A stretch of DNA of 64,000 nucleotides from assembly GCA_964035545.1 (NCBI GenBank), contig OZ037765.1, forward strand, positions 35,116,080 through 35,180,079, read 5' to 3'. Positions 23,550 to 38,400 of this stretch are shown piece after piece. The stretch is from Bugula neritina (Eukaryota > Animalia > Bryozoa). The number at the start of each line of letters is the position of its first letter. The stretch's first letter is position 1. The notes below the pieces were generated by a model that was not told the origin of the DNA, ran no database searches, and saw only the letters and a program-made list of their open reading frames with translations. Position numbers and translations under genes: made by a program.

Positions 23550-25486
23550 TGTCGTTAAAAACAGTTGCTGTGATTTGTGTGCCATTTTGTTATTGTTGTG
23601 TTCACCAAGTCACTGGGCGAGTATATAATTCATGAAGAAATGTTGTAAATTAAAATGTTTACCTAACTGTTTGATTATCCAATCAGAATTCAGCAAACTT
23701 GTGCTCGTGTAACTCATGTGTAGCTCTTCGGCATATGAGAATATTGAGCTAGCGAAAGGTTTATATATCCTACTGACTAAAATGAACTTTTTCAAGGTAA
23801 ATTAGCAATAATTTTAAAATGGTATACAGTTTACATCATATCCACTTGAGATTCATAAAGAAACAATTTTTCTGTGTTGGTTAGTTCTTTGCTCGGATCA
23901 GTTAATTAATAGAAAGTCTAGTTCGCTTGGATTAAGAAATTATTTTATCAGAAGTTGTCATCTCATAGCATCATTTCAAAACTTCTGATGTGATTTAGTT
24001 AATTTGCAACTATTTCAGCTGTTAACCATAAAATATTTATATGTATGTGCACATATATATATATATGTGTATAATATGCATGTGTCTATATTATATACAC
24101 GTGTGTATATTTGTATACACGCATATATAGGTCTTAAAGCTCCTTCTACTGCTGCAGTTGATGACAAAAAGTGATTATGAGTATACAATGATATTATATA
24201 AACATGCTCACTTTTTAACTGGAATGGAACCTCGACAAGTTAACTGCTGAGACCATACCATTACTCTAAGGTAATTAGTACGATTTCGAGTGTATTATGA
24301 GGCATGTGTATCAATAATACCATATCCTGTTAACCAATCACAACAGAGCATTGCTAACAATACTCAGGATATTATAACATCTACAATAGCTGCATAGTGT
24401 GACGTCATCTGACACTGCACTGAGTGAGTCATGAAGTACTGAGATTATACCAACTATTAGTTTAGGTGCTACCGACTAGCCTCTCAACAATATGCAGACT
24501 AATTTCTATCAGAGCTCAGTCTAAACTGACAAGCTTACACCCAGTACTGCTACTCACTATATACTTGTCATTACTTGACCTTGAAAAATTAACTTATGCA
24601 AATAGTAGTTGTGCTCTCTCTATGTAATACAACTGAAACATCTCAAAGAACAAATCAAGTGTCACAGAGCACTGATCAGTTGATTTGAGAAAAGCGCTAG
24701 CTATTATATCTGAAAGATAGAATAGGCTAAAAGTTTTGAGATGTAATAAGCCCAGGACGTGGAGTAATACATATAATATCTGGTCTGGAACTACTTAGTA
24801 ATGACTTACATTATAACAGTGTGGCAAATCTTGTTATTACAAAGCTAGAGTTTATATATATTCTTATATTTCGGCAATTTATTGAGTAGTAAGAATAAAT
24901 AAGTCAGTACAAATGTTCCTTATATGACATGACGTGAAGTCTAGGGCATACAAACCACTCTGCTAGGTCATAGTTCCAACCCTATCGCTGTCAAAAGGTC
25001 TCTAAAAGTTCAGGCAACTTGTAAGATTAGTGAATACTGGTGTTATCTCCACCTGACTAATACTTAGTATGATATGTACTTTTATTCTTTACATCCTGTA
25101 ATTGTTTCCCAGCTGCAAATTAACTTCTACAGGATATTGTTGATGTATTATTCAGTAAATATTTATCAAAACCAAATCTCTATTCAAATGTGTGTTTATT
25201 TTTAGAGCAACATATAAATCACAACAGAACTATATATATTATGTAACAGAAGATAAATATATCATAAATATTCATTAGTTTAAAACCAACAATCCAGAAT
25301 GACAAAAATATAAAAAATTGAGCAAAATACAAACAACTATTTTAAATATTGTAATGTTCAATATTACGTCATACATACTTTCAGTTTAGAATATGAAATC
25401 TCACAACCAACATTGAATACTGGATGCATTATTATGTCTTTAATGAGAGAGAGCTCCAAGAGCTGAGAGAGAGAATAACTCCAATA

Positions 25487-27588
25487 CTACTGACTAGGTT
25501 TAATGTAGCTGCACTCCAACCGAGCTAGCCTCATCTTCTCATTGAGATTGTTGGTGGACATGCAGAGTTTTCTCACCTTGTCTTCTAAAGCATCACACTT
25601 TGACGAGCTGACTAGAGAGGAGAACAAACTTTCCTCCGACTGCAAAGAATTGTACGACGAGCAACTCACACCTTGACTAAGACTGGCCGTAAAATCTTGC
25701 AGAGACGGACGGGAATGACTCAGAATGACGTCTGCTTTGCTGGAATCTACACTCAAGGTGCTTCTGGACGAGCACTTAGAGTCGGAGAATGACTCAGTGT
25801 CGGCCATATTGCATTCACTGTCAATACTCATGCAGCCGGCTGATTTGTAACCTTCTGAAGGTGAACCTAAGGTCGCATATGTATCTTTGTCATAGTCGAT
25901 CTTTCTGACGGGTATTTCTGTGGCGGTGCTGCACGTGCTGGCCAGAGATTCAGTGCTGTTAGTAGAATACTTGTGCGCCACGTCTGCGAGACTAGACAAC
26001 GTCTGGTCCTGTGTGGAGACCGTCAGCTGCTCCCTCATCAACTCCTCCACCTGACAGCAAACAACAAAACTGAAAGGGATGCGAGGTAGGAGAGAATTAA
26101 AATTAATATGCAGTACTAACTAATATAATGCAATGAAGTTAAATAATTAATTTATTATGATAATATGATGTTACTTCTGCCACTTGTACTTGGAGAATGA
26201 ACTGTATGGCTTCATATGACTTCAAATATGAGATTTTTGGGTCAGTTCTGATAAGTACGAATACATTATGGCGAGGATGTGCCAAATCACATGTCCTAAG
26301 ACTATTTTTACACCCCATTGCAAGTCATTGTGATGATAATTATGCATGCATGTTGCATTTATGCTGAGGACACATGACGTTATGTTATATTTATATTAAT
26401 TACATCCGAATTAATTAACTTTATTATTAGGGTTTCTGTCACTCAGTATTTTCTGATGGTAGTTAATTGACTTTTCCTCAACATTTCCACAAAAAACTGA
26501 CACTGTTTCTCAAAACAAATAATACTATTGCTCTTTACAAGAGAGTAATTCAGCTCTGAACATTTCAGTCTTATGAAACTATTTTATTCTTCTGCTGCTT
26601 TTTCTATCATTTGACTCGTGAGATACGCTGACTTTGATTAACATGATAGTCTTTGTACAATATAAGTGTATTCTGTAGTCTAGAAGACTATTCTAGTAAC
26701 TACTAACTACTAACTAGTAACTAGTAACTACTAACTAGTAACTAGTAACTACTAACTAGTAACTAGTAACTACTAACTAGTAACTACTAACTAGTAACTA
26801 GTAACTACTAACTAGTAACTACTAACTAGTAACTACTAACTAGTAACTACTAACTAGTAACTACTAACTAGTAACTACTAACTAATAAAAAGCCCGACAC
26901 TCACCTCTGATATGAACCTGGAAAGGCGGGGCTGAGTGCGCCTGTCAACTCTTCTCTCTCGATGCGACATCTCCGTCTTTTCCTTTGGCAGCGGTAACCA
27001 GGGGTTGGTCTTGATGCGACTTCGCCTCCAGGTAGGCTGTGCTGCCGAAGACCTGGCTGCTGCCGACAGAGATGCCGTGCGACTAGAGGGCAGCGAGTTG
27101 TAGTGAATGTTACTAGAGAGTTGAGACTGACTGACAGGCAGAGAGTGGTAGAGTGACTGGCTACTGGGAGCACATTTGAAGCATAACTCCGTCTTATTTA
27201 TACTGTCACAAGTACACAGCTCCGCCCTAACATGACACTCAGTGTGGTCTCCTATACATAGACAGGTGTGTGCAGGTGTGTGGAGAGAGAGGATGGCATC
27301 TGTCTGAGACTCATGGTCCACCATGAGTCTCCCAGTGTCGGCTGCAGCAGGATAGCCTGAGGGCAATGCTCCAGTAAAGCTCTTTGTCATGTCGGAACGA
27401 TCAGATACCCGACCTTCTCTCTTTGGCCTCAGGTACATGTCATCTTTAGAGACTGGGGCTATGTCTCGGGTGTCATTGTCATTGTAGTCAATAAAACTGC
27501 TGTTGGCTTTACAGGTCGGTTCGTTTACGTTTAGCCGAGAGAGCTTCCTCTTGAGCTTCTTGGCGCTGAGATAGTGCTTCAGTTTCAT
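25487..27588 (-). CDS. Uncharacterised Ser-rich protein, two coding exons (~415 aa)
   Basis: Acceptor tctctctactttcag|acccaccATG (27588) to FISE|gtgagt (26905); phase-0 join to 26050-25487 (VEELMREQ...); no family recognised. Confidence 0.75.
26695..26885. repeat. 7-bp tandem repeat (ACTAGTA/ACTACTA) just inside the donor of the minus-strand gene
   Basis: Direct inspection. Confidence 0.9.
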
Positions 27589-28029
27589 GGTGGGTCTGAA
27601 AGTAGAGAGAGGAATATTCTTACTATCAGCCACAAAGACTTGACTCCTTTTGCTTACTAAACTTTACAAAAATGTTAGAACAGCTGTAATCACAAGCAGA
27701 GTTAAATGCCTGTTCACTCCTTTTTAATAAGTTGAAAGTTTCAACAAAAGAGAATATGAAATGAACAAATCTGAACATGAGATTGGAGCAAACAGCTGGA
27801 CTAATGCAGGTAATAATACTGTTTACTCTGGGGGAGGGAATAAAGGAAGTATGTTCACTAGGAAGGTTAGTAATTATGGAAATCAAATACCCCCTTTGGT
27901 AATGATTAGCTAACCATGTAACCACCAGCTAAATATACAATCTCTGCTTTCATAAGAAGTATATTTAGCAAACAGTGCACCTGGGTAAATTAACTGCAAT
28001 TGAGACATTAATATAATAAAATAGCTTGT

Positions 28030-28096
28030 AAAAAAATCTGCCTGAATGGGGAATCGAACCAGCAACCCAATGTGCTAACTGTTACACTGTAAAGCC
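28030..28096 (-). pseudogene. Degenerate tRNA-derived (SINE-like) fragment
   Basis: Minus strand: A-box-like CAGTGTAACAGTTAG, B-box GGTTCGATTCC, then T7; no anticodon arm. Confidence 0.5.
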
Positions 28097-29881
28097 TACT
28101 GGGAATCTCAACCCTACAGCTCCTAGGAACAAAAGTTATAACCTTATGCAAAATAGGGTTAGTAACTTAGCCCAGCTGGCAGAGGGAGTGCCAGCTAAAC
28201 TAATCTCATTAGAAAGTGGGGCAGCTAATTTCGGTCACAGAGATGCCGCCCCCTACTATTGAGCAGAGATATGTTACACGTCAAGAAGCTCTAGCAAAGC
28301 ATGTGGCTCATACTGATACTATACTGGGAAACCGACCAATTAAAATTGATTCACTTAGCTATATTTGTATAACTTATCACACAGCACTTCACTGCCATTA
28401 TTACGACATTTGAGATTCGAGAAAGTAAAAAATACTCTCTGGTTTGTGTCAATTGGTTGTAAAAATAGATTTAGAGTATAAAACAAAACATTGTATGTGT
28501 ATAAACTCCATCAGCACTAGTTTGTGCTGTAATTAGATAGCTTGACCCTTCATTACATATTATATTGTATAGACATTTAAAGTGTACTATATGATAATTA
28601 TACAAACCAATTAGGTATAATAATCTAATCTCCAGTATACTACACACTGCTATATACAGCACACAGTACTATATAGTAGACACTCAGGCAGTAATTAATA
28701 GCAGCTTGTAGGGCCTAATTAGTTTATACGGCAGCAGCTAGTTGACTGAGGAGGCCTAGAGTCAGCCTAGAGTCAGCATTGATTGCTCTCTGATAATCTA
28801 ATGATAATCTAATGACAATGAGCTCTATTCAAATCTCTTCACTTTCCCCAGTAAATCAATAACATAATATACTCTGCGCATCAAATTACTGCCCACTTAT
28901 AAATATCCTGACAATATCTCCAGATACTTCAGACACCCTGTTTGTTTTTTCTACTTTGTCAAAGAATCAATGGTAACCTTGCAACAACCTGCTGCATGTG
29001 TCTGTGGTTTGTGATGTTGTAATTGATAGAGTATTGACCTGGCACCTGCCACTGAAACATGACATACATTGGCAGGTGCTCTAATATTAGCCCCATCATA
29101 TACATCCCCACTGCTTTAAGAAATTGCCATTGAAAGGAAAATATTTATGCAATATAGAATATAAACTATGCCTTAAACCATGTTTACACCCTTTGGGTTA
29201 CTTTTAGCATGAAAATAGAGTTTTACCAGTACAGGTATACACACAGGTGAAGAAATAATAACAATACAATATCTAACTTTATTACTATGTCTATCTCCAA
29301 GCAAATAATCACTATTGTGGAATGCAAACCCCCTCTACTGAAATCAAGGGTAGAATAATCATTACAGAGTTTACAGTTCTTTTGTTTATAAATACCAACC
29401 AATAGATGAATCATAACCTGTAACTTCACAATAGACTTGCCTTGCTTTCAAAGGTTTAACTTTTCAACTGCAATTTCTGCTTGACTTAAGGCTTTCACCT
29501 TGTAAACATCATTGAAGATATCGATTACGTATGATCAACACACTTGTGGTGAATAACCACTTCCTATAGACGTATCACGTTGGCATGGCTGTTTGACTCA
29601 AATTTGAAATCTGTAACTGAAGCTCTTGCTGATAGAATCGGTTATTACTTTAGCCTCAGGTGTGAATAAATTACAGCCAGTTTTGGCCTGAGGAATTCGA
29701 CTTAGAAAAGTTAACACAATTTAATAATTGACCATCAGCTGTGTAATTGATAAACAAAAGAACACTTGAGTAAACAGTTGCCTGTGCTGCCGCTACATTC
29801 CAGCTGACAAGTTCTTTAAATTGAGAGTTTAATGTTTTAAAAATATATATTTCAAATTTCATTATATTATAATAATAATGC

Positions 29882-29885
<4 letters not shown>

Positions 29886-29934
<49 letters not shown>
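29886..29934. repeat. (TA)n microsatellite
   Basis: Direct inspection. Confidence 0.98.
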
Positions 29935-29937
<3 letters not shown>

Positions 29938-30418
29938 GAAGACATATTGATATAATTATATTTATAGAAACACCAACACTGAATACTAAGTCTAATGTAG
30001 TAATAATATAAGTCGTAAGTACCTTCTCTTTAATTAATCTAATGATTCTAGCTGCTTTGCCTAACTGATTATAAGCACTTAACACCGACTCTGCTTTATA
30101 TCATCTGAAGCTGTGCGGTGTATATTTATTTATTTATTTATTTTTTTGTTTTTGTTTTTTTTTTCTCTCCTGGCAGTAGCTAGCTATTGAGCTTTGAATC
30201 AAGGCATAATTAACTATATTCTTATCTCGTAGACAAAATAGTTTTCTTCTTACTACTGATAAACTAAACAATTGTTCATACACCACTGCATCTCGATAAA
30301 GGAGCCAAAGCGCTCCGAGTGAGATTAATTAGATGAGATGAGATTATACTAAAAATACTTAAACTTGTTTAAATTTAAAACTGGTTATAAATAGCTCTTC
30401 AAACAGAGTTGAAAATAA

Positions 30419-30600
30419 ACTTACCAATTGTTAGATCGTCTTAAATGTCCAGATACATTTACATGAGCTAAACCTCTGTATTCGTTAGGAATGAAAATGA
30501 ATAACACACTTGCGCTTTATTATAATACGCCGTGCTAGAAACTGTACATGCAATTAGCCAATCATCCGTCATATAGAGAGAAGCAGCCAATCACAATTGA
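30419..30600 (-). promoter_or_regulatory. Candidate promoter and non-coding first exon of the Ser-rich gene
   Basis: Minus-strand donor G|gtaagt at 30424, TATA-like TTATAATAAA ~30515-30524, two GCCAATCA boxes (~30557, ~30586). Confidence 0.5.
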
Positions 30601-32440
30601 GTAAGCCGTAGTATAAGAAACGCACGAGATTTCATTCATTTTTTTTCAACCAACAAAGATAAGAACCGAATTAATACGGACGACTAACATTACAATATCA
30701 ATTATCTTATAGAATAATAAGTGATTAGAAACTAGCAAACACTGGCGTCTTGCAAAGTTTTTGTCTAATTTCTAATTATCATATTTCACTTTCTTTCAAA
30801 GGGCCCAATATTTGCTTTAAGACAATATTGTAAAGGCCTAGTTAAGCCACATCTCTATCCCAAATGGTGGAATGGAGTCAACTCATTATTTATCAAACCT
30901 TAATAATTATCAGCAATTTGTGATTTGTTCATTATATCTTGTTTTTTATAGACAGTTGGCATTGTTTTGTAGATGACTGTCAATGTTTACTCCAACAAAC
31001 ATGAAAGCACATGCAACTGAATGTCATCCATCAATGACAGGCCAAGAAAGTGTCACCCAAAGAAGTGCCAAATATGGGTAACAAGCAAGTGACACCTAGT
31101 CTAGTAACTGACTTTTAAATGAGGATTTACTACACTCTGTGACTAATCTAGGTTACCAGAGCGCATCTGAACAGCATGGGGGGGGGAGGGGGGTTGAGCA
31201 GAAAATTCATACTTAATATCTGTTTCAGCAGACAGTTTCTTGTATAATACCTGTTTGTTGTGTTAACTGGAGATACATTACCTGGGAATTCTACATGCAG
31301 CCCTGGAAATAAGAACTCAAATCTTTACTGAATAAATATAACCATATCTGTCTGCCATTGATGGAATTTAATTTTAGATTTTCATTGAAATTATACAACG
31401 AATAAATTACCTCAATTTAATTTAATTAAAAGATCAGACATTACGTAATGAAGACAAGCTGTGGAGTTGATAGTTTCTTACAGCAGCAGCTATTGTGATG
31501 TCACAGGTTAGTGTTGCTAAACCAGGATCTACAGGAGGGGGTGTCCAGTGACTATCATAAGGGGGGGGGGGTAGCATATGAGACTGAACAAAGCTAGCTA
31601 AGTTTTACCTCACATACTTAGTAGTTCAAGACAATTGATGTTGTTTATGAACTGCCAGTGTCTAGTGACATCAGTAGCCAGTTAAACAATTTAGAGGGCC
31701 GATACAATCACATCTAATAAATACTAACTGAATAGAAGAGCTTTTCAGAGGTTGACTTCAAATAGAACTGTGGTGCTTATAATAATGTAAACTCTCAGGT
31801 GACACATGCACAGCCTTTCATGTTTATAGGCCAATCAAACCACACAATGTAAATCAATATTTTCAAAGCTTAAAAACAAAAATAAAAAGTTGGGAATCAT
31901 GAATATGACATTTATAACTGCACTTGGTTAGAAAACAAAAGACAGGTAAATGTAGTCTCAGAAGAGAGTTAACTGACTGGCACATAATTGGTAGTTAGTT
32001 ACGTAATGGCATCTATTCTAAAGATCAATACTTGGTAAGTATTGACAGGTAAATGAAGGAGAAATAATCATCACTTGACAGAATAAAATATAATAAATAA
32101 AATCAATAAATATAATAAGTGGAGTAATTGTATAGTGTGAAGCCCTGGAGAGATCAGTGTAACTTGTATTGTATAACGGCTAGCTGTGCAGACTAGATAC
32201 TGTATAACGTATCAGTTTAATTGGAAAATAATGTAGTTTATATGACTTGTTGGAGATGTCATATATTGCCCAGCCTGACATGTCTGACAGGGGATAACAG
32301 GTGTCTGTTCATCACTGCAGATCATGATGCAACACTGGACAGTAGCTAGCAGGTGTCTGTTGGGTAGTATATATAGTAGCACACACATAGAACCTGCTGC
32401 TAAGTGTCAGAATGTACTAGGGCTTCTCCAGTGACAGTTT

Positions 32441-35400
32441 CTAGCTTCCCTTCATACTAATCTCTCTACAACCAAACAAGTGCATACAAATTTCAGTGGG
32501 AAGGCAATTTGATAATTATTATCAGAAGTGACACTAAGTAGATGGAGTGGTGGGACTTTATTTCAGCACATAGCCAGAGTATTACATGGTCACACATTCA
32601 GCACATAGCCAGAGTATTACATGGTCACACATTCAGCACATAGCCAGAGTATTACATGGTCACACATTCAGCACATAGCCAGAGTATTACATGGTCACAC
32701 ATTCAGCACATAGCCAGAGTATTACATGGTCACACATTCAGCACATAGCCAGAGTATTACATGGTCACACATTCACTGAGCTAAAGGCAGTGTTATTATA
32801 TAGTACTGTATAATATATTATACTATATAGTGATATAATAGGCATATCAAGTTACACCACATCAAACACTTAACCTCCACACAAACAACTCATTATTAAC
32901 AAACATTTGGCAGCGTCCCCAGTCACTCAGTCTCCAGTCACTCAGTCTCCAGTCACTCAGTCCCCAGTCACTCAGTCTCCAGTCACTCAGTCTCCAGTCA
33001 CTCAGTCCCCAGTCACTCACAGAGTAGTGGTGAGAGAGTGAGGTAATCTACTCACAAGGTAGTGGTGAGAGAGTGAGGTAATCTACTCACAGGGTAGTGG
33101 TGAGAGAGTGAGGTAATCTACTCAGAGGGTAGTAGTGAGAGAGTGAGGTAATCTACTCACAGGGTAGTGGTGAGAGAGTGAGGTAATCTACTTACAGGGT
33201 AGTGGTGAGAGAGTGAGGTAATCTACTCACAGGGTAATGGTGAGAGAGTGAGGTAATCTACTCACAGGGTAATGGTGAGAGAGTGAGGTAATCTACTCAC
33301 AGGGTAGTGGTGAGAGAGTGAGGTAATCTACTCAGAGGGTAGTGATGAGAGAGTGAGGTAAGCTGAGAAGAGGTTAAGTAAATCTAAGTTCATATTTCAA
33401 ACGGCGTGAATAACTGTGAGAAAAGAGGCTTTGAAAGTTGAGATGTTAACAGCTTGTTGAAAATAAGAATGGGCACAGTACAGGGTAACACAGTACAGGG
33501 TAATACAGTACAGGGTAACACAGCACAGTGTAACACAGTACAGGGTAACACAGCACAGGGTAACACAGTACAGAGTAACACAGTACAGGGTAACACAGCA
33601 CAGTGTAACACAGTACAGGGTAACACAGTACAGGGTAACACAGTACAGGGTAACACAGCACAGTGTAACACAGCACAGTGTAACACAGCACAGGGTAACA
33701 CAGCACAGGGTAACACAGCACAGGGTAGCACAGCACAGGGTAACACAGCACAGTGTAACACAGTACAGGGTAACACAGTACAGGGTAACACAGCACAGTG
33801 TAACACAGTACAGGGTAACACAGCACAGGGTAACACAGTACAGAGTAACACAGTACAGGGTAACACAGCACAGTGTAACACAGTACAGGGTAACACAGTA
33901 CAGGGTAACACAGTACAGGGTAACACAGCACAGTGTAACACAGCACAGTGTAACACAGCACAGGGTAACACAGCACAGGGTAACACAGCACAGGGTAGCA
34001 CAGCACAGGGTAACACAGCACAGGGTAGCACAGCACAGGGTAACACAGCACAGGGTAACACAGCACAGTGTAACACAGTGTATGGTACAGTATAGTATAT
34101 AGTATAATACAGCACAGTTGAGTGGCTTGTATAACAGGTTTATGTAGTATTGACTCATCTTTGGGTACAAACAACTGTAATAAGTGTCCAGAGTGTTTCT
34201 AAGAGTGCCGAAGGGGGCATAAGGGGGGCATATCCATTTCTCCACCACTACACTACGCTATACTATACTATATACCACTATACTATATACTACACTATAC
34301 TATACTACACTATACTATATACTACACTACGCTATACTATACTATATACTACACTATTCTATATACTACACTATGCTACACTGTACTATACTATACTATA
34401 TATACTATACTACACTACGCTATACTATACTATATACCACTATACTATACTATATACCACTATACTATACTATACTATACTATACTATACTATACTATAT
34501 ACCACTATACTACACTACACTACGCTATACTATACTATATACCACTATACTATACTATACTATACTACACTATACTATACTATATACCACTATACTATAC
34601 TACACTATACTACACTACGCTATACTATACTATATACTATACTATACTATACTACACTATACTATATACCACTATACTACACTATACTATACTATACTAC
34701 ACTATACTATACTACACTATATACTACACTATACTATACTACACTATACTACACTATACTACACTATACTATACTATACTATACTATACTATATACCACT
34801 ATACTATACTACACTATACTATACTATATACTACACTATACTACACTATACTATACTATATACTATACTATACTACACTATACTACACTATACTATACTA
34901 TATACTATACTATACTATATACCACTATACTATACTACGCTATACTATACTATATACCACTATACTATACTATACTATACTATACTATATACCACTATAC
35001 TATACTATACTATACTATATACCACTATACTATACTACACTATACTATACTATATACTACACTATGCTACACTGTACTATACTATATATACTATGCTATA
35101 CACAATATTTACTCCACTGTAAGTATCGCCAGTTGAGTAACCTACTATTTGAGACACTTACTTGAGTTTCAACAAGAGTAAGTCTCGTTTCCTCCTCAAC
35201 TCCACCAGCACATCGTCATCAGGGAACTCCTCGTCCGACTCTGAAATAACAGAGTCTATGAGCAGAGGTAGGGACAGAGGTAGGGACACAGGACAGCGGC
35301 AGCGACACAGGACAGAGGCAGCGTGGAGGGGTGGATATAGGGAGGGGGTATGCAGAGTGGATATAGAGAGGGGGTATGCAGAGTGGATATAGAGAGGGGG

Positions 35401-38400
35401 AAGGGGGAGTGGATATAGAGAGGGGGAAGGGGGAGTGGATATAGGGAAGGGGTATACAGAGAGGATATGCAGAGTGGATATAGAGAGGGGGTAGGGGGAG
35501 TGGATATAGAGAGGGGGTAGGGGGAGTGGATATAGGAAGGGGTTCTACAGACTATATAATAAAGAGACAAGAGCAAACTGACTACAGTGACAGTTACACA
35601 CAGCACATATTACTACACAAGTCGTAAACCTGGCCCCACCAGTCTATCTCTGTATCAACTCATGAGTAATTGCTGCTACTCAGTTACACTACTCAGTTAC
35701 ACAGAGGGATGATTCCACACCTTCTGCTAAGTGCGTTACTCTACATGATATAACCTGCTCACTGCTGCCAATTATGATTCACTGCTGCTGGGTGCTGCCT
35801 GGCCCCTGCAGAGTTATTATTCATTAACAGGCAGCACATGCTTAATTATTTTATGAGTATGTTATAGTGTGTGTATGTTATAGTATGTGTATGTTATAGC
35901 AGTATGTGTATGTTATAGTATGTGTATGTTATAGTATGTGTATGTTATAGTATGTGTATGTTATAGTGTGTGTATGTTATAGTGTGTGTATGTTATAGTA
36001 TGTGTGTGTTATAGTATGTGTATGTTATAGTATGTGTATGTTATAGTGTGTGTATGTTATAGTATGTGTATGTTATAGTATGTGTATGTTATTGTATGTG
36101 TATGTTATAGTATGTGTATGTTATAGTATGTGTATGTTATAGTATGTGTATGTTATTGCTACACCCTGTAGGAGGGGAGGGGGAAAGGGCTGGTGCTCTA
36201 CACTATATAGTATATAGAGAGAGGGGGGAGAGAGAGAGGGGGGAGAGAGAGAGGAAGGAGAGAGAGAGGAAGGAGAGAGGGGAGAGAGGGAGTAATAGTG
36301 ATATAGAATACATACTAATAGGTGATAACACAATAACACATCCATCAATCAACTCATTATTTATATTTATCACTATGACTGATTATTACTGTCTCTACTG
36401 ACATGTGCTGTGATGTATGAGCTTTATTTCTCTGTTTATTTCTCTGTTTATTTCTGTGTTTTTATGAGCCATTTGTGTGGTGTTTGTGTGGGTTTATTGC
36501 AACAACCAAGCTTGACTTAACTTAGTATTATAATCTGCTATGTAATGTCACGTGACATGTATAATATTAGTGTCATTTAGCTGAGTAATAGATGAGTGTA
36601 GAGATTAGAGATGTAACTGTGTGACTATGTCACTGTGTGACTATGTAACTGTGTGACTCTGTAACTGTGTGACTATGTAACTGTGTGACTATATGACTGT
36701 GTGACTATATAACTGTGTGACTATGTAACTGTGTGACTATATAACTGTGTGACTATGTAACTGTGTGACTATATAACTGTGTGACTATGTGACTCTATCA
36801 CTATGTGACTATGTAACTGTGTGACTATATAACTGTGTAACTATATGACTGTGTGACTATATGACTGTGTGACTATATAACTGTGTGACTATATAACTGT
36901 GTGACTATATGACTGTGTGACTATATGACTGTGTGACTATATGACTGTGTGACTATATGACTGTGTGACTATTTGACTGTGCTTTAGTCTCAGTATATCA
37001 AGTGAGCAGAAGAAATAGTTTTACCTTCAATATTAGCTGCTAGACCATCCTCAGACACAACCGGGTCATGTGACGAGACAGCAGTGAGCTGGTCATGTGA
37101 CGAGGCAGCAGGGAGCTGGTCATGTGACGAGAAAGCAGGGAGCTGGTCATGTGACGAGACAGCAGGGAGCTGGTCATGTGACGAGACAGCAGGGAGCTGG
37201 TCATGTGACGAGACAGCAGGGAGCTGGTCATGTGACGAGGCAGCAGGGAGCTGGTCATGTGATGAGGCAGCAGGGCAGTGTGTAACAGCAGCAGTGTCAG
37301 AGTTGGTGAGGTGAGAAGAGGCAGCCATCAGTCTATGAGAGGTCACCTGTGTAAGGAGAAGCAGGTGAGACAAGTCCGGCAGACACAACATAATCAGAGA
37401 CATACAGAGGCTGTATCCTGGCCAGGGATTCCTAGAGGAATATATCTCTTCAAAAAGTTACAAGATTTCCAAAATTTGTAAAATCACTTAAAATCTCCTT
37501 TCTTCCCCCTAAAAAGTTGTGTGCTGCATTTGCACTGAAACTCTTATTCCGTGTAGCTTCAGAGATATGAGGAGATGTTACGTGAAGTGGGGCCCCTGCC
37601 CTCCCCCCACTACCAGTTAGAAGTTTGAAGTAGTTAACATTTGTGCCCCTCTTTACAATCACTTGATTTCAATTAGCAGGACAATGGCAGACCTGTTTGT
37701 GTGTTTCCCTCAGCCGGTCTCTTGAAACGGAATTTTGTTTTTATCTTTAAAATTCAAACCACAGAAATTTGCTCAAATAACTCATTAAAGGAGGAATTTT
37801 GTGGTCACACAGTTGATTGTGTGTCATTGTGAATGCCCCCCCCCCCCCTAAACAAACAATCACGGCAGGAGAGAGAAAGAGAGAGAGAGGGGGGAGAGAG
37901 AAAGAGAGAGAGAGAGAGGGGGGGGTTTAGAGAGGATAAACAGGTTACAAAGAGAGGCTAGATAAAGGAGATGGTGTAATGACAGCAATATATATATATT
38001 AGTTGTTGTAGCAGAGGGTTACAATGGCCAGTCTGAGAAGAGTCTACAGAGTCTACAGAGTATACAGAGTATACAGAGTATACAGAGTATACAGAGTATA
38101 CAGAGTATACAGAGTATACAGAGTATACAGAGTGTACAGAGTATACAGAGTGTACAGAGTGTACAGAGTGTACAGAGTATACAGAGTATACAGAGTATAC
38201 AGAGTATACAGAGTATACAGAGTATACAGAGGAGAGTATACAGAGTATACAGAGTAGAGTATACAGAGTATACAGAGTAGAGTATACAGAGTAGAGTATA
38301 CAGAGTATACAGAGTATACAGAGTATACAGAGTGTACAGAGTGTACAGAGTAGAGTATACAGAGGAGAGTATACAGAGTAGAGTATACAGAGTATACAGA

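Noticed and set aside
28030-28096. Functional tRNA gene
   Set aside because: A/B-box spacing leaves no anticodon arm; cannot fold a cloverleaf
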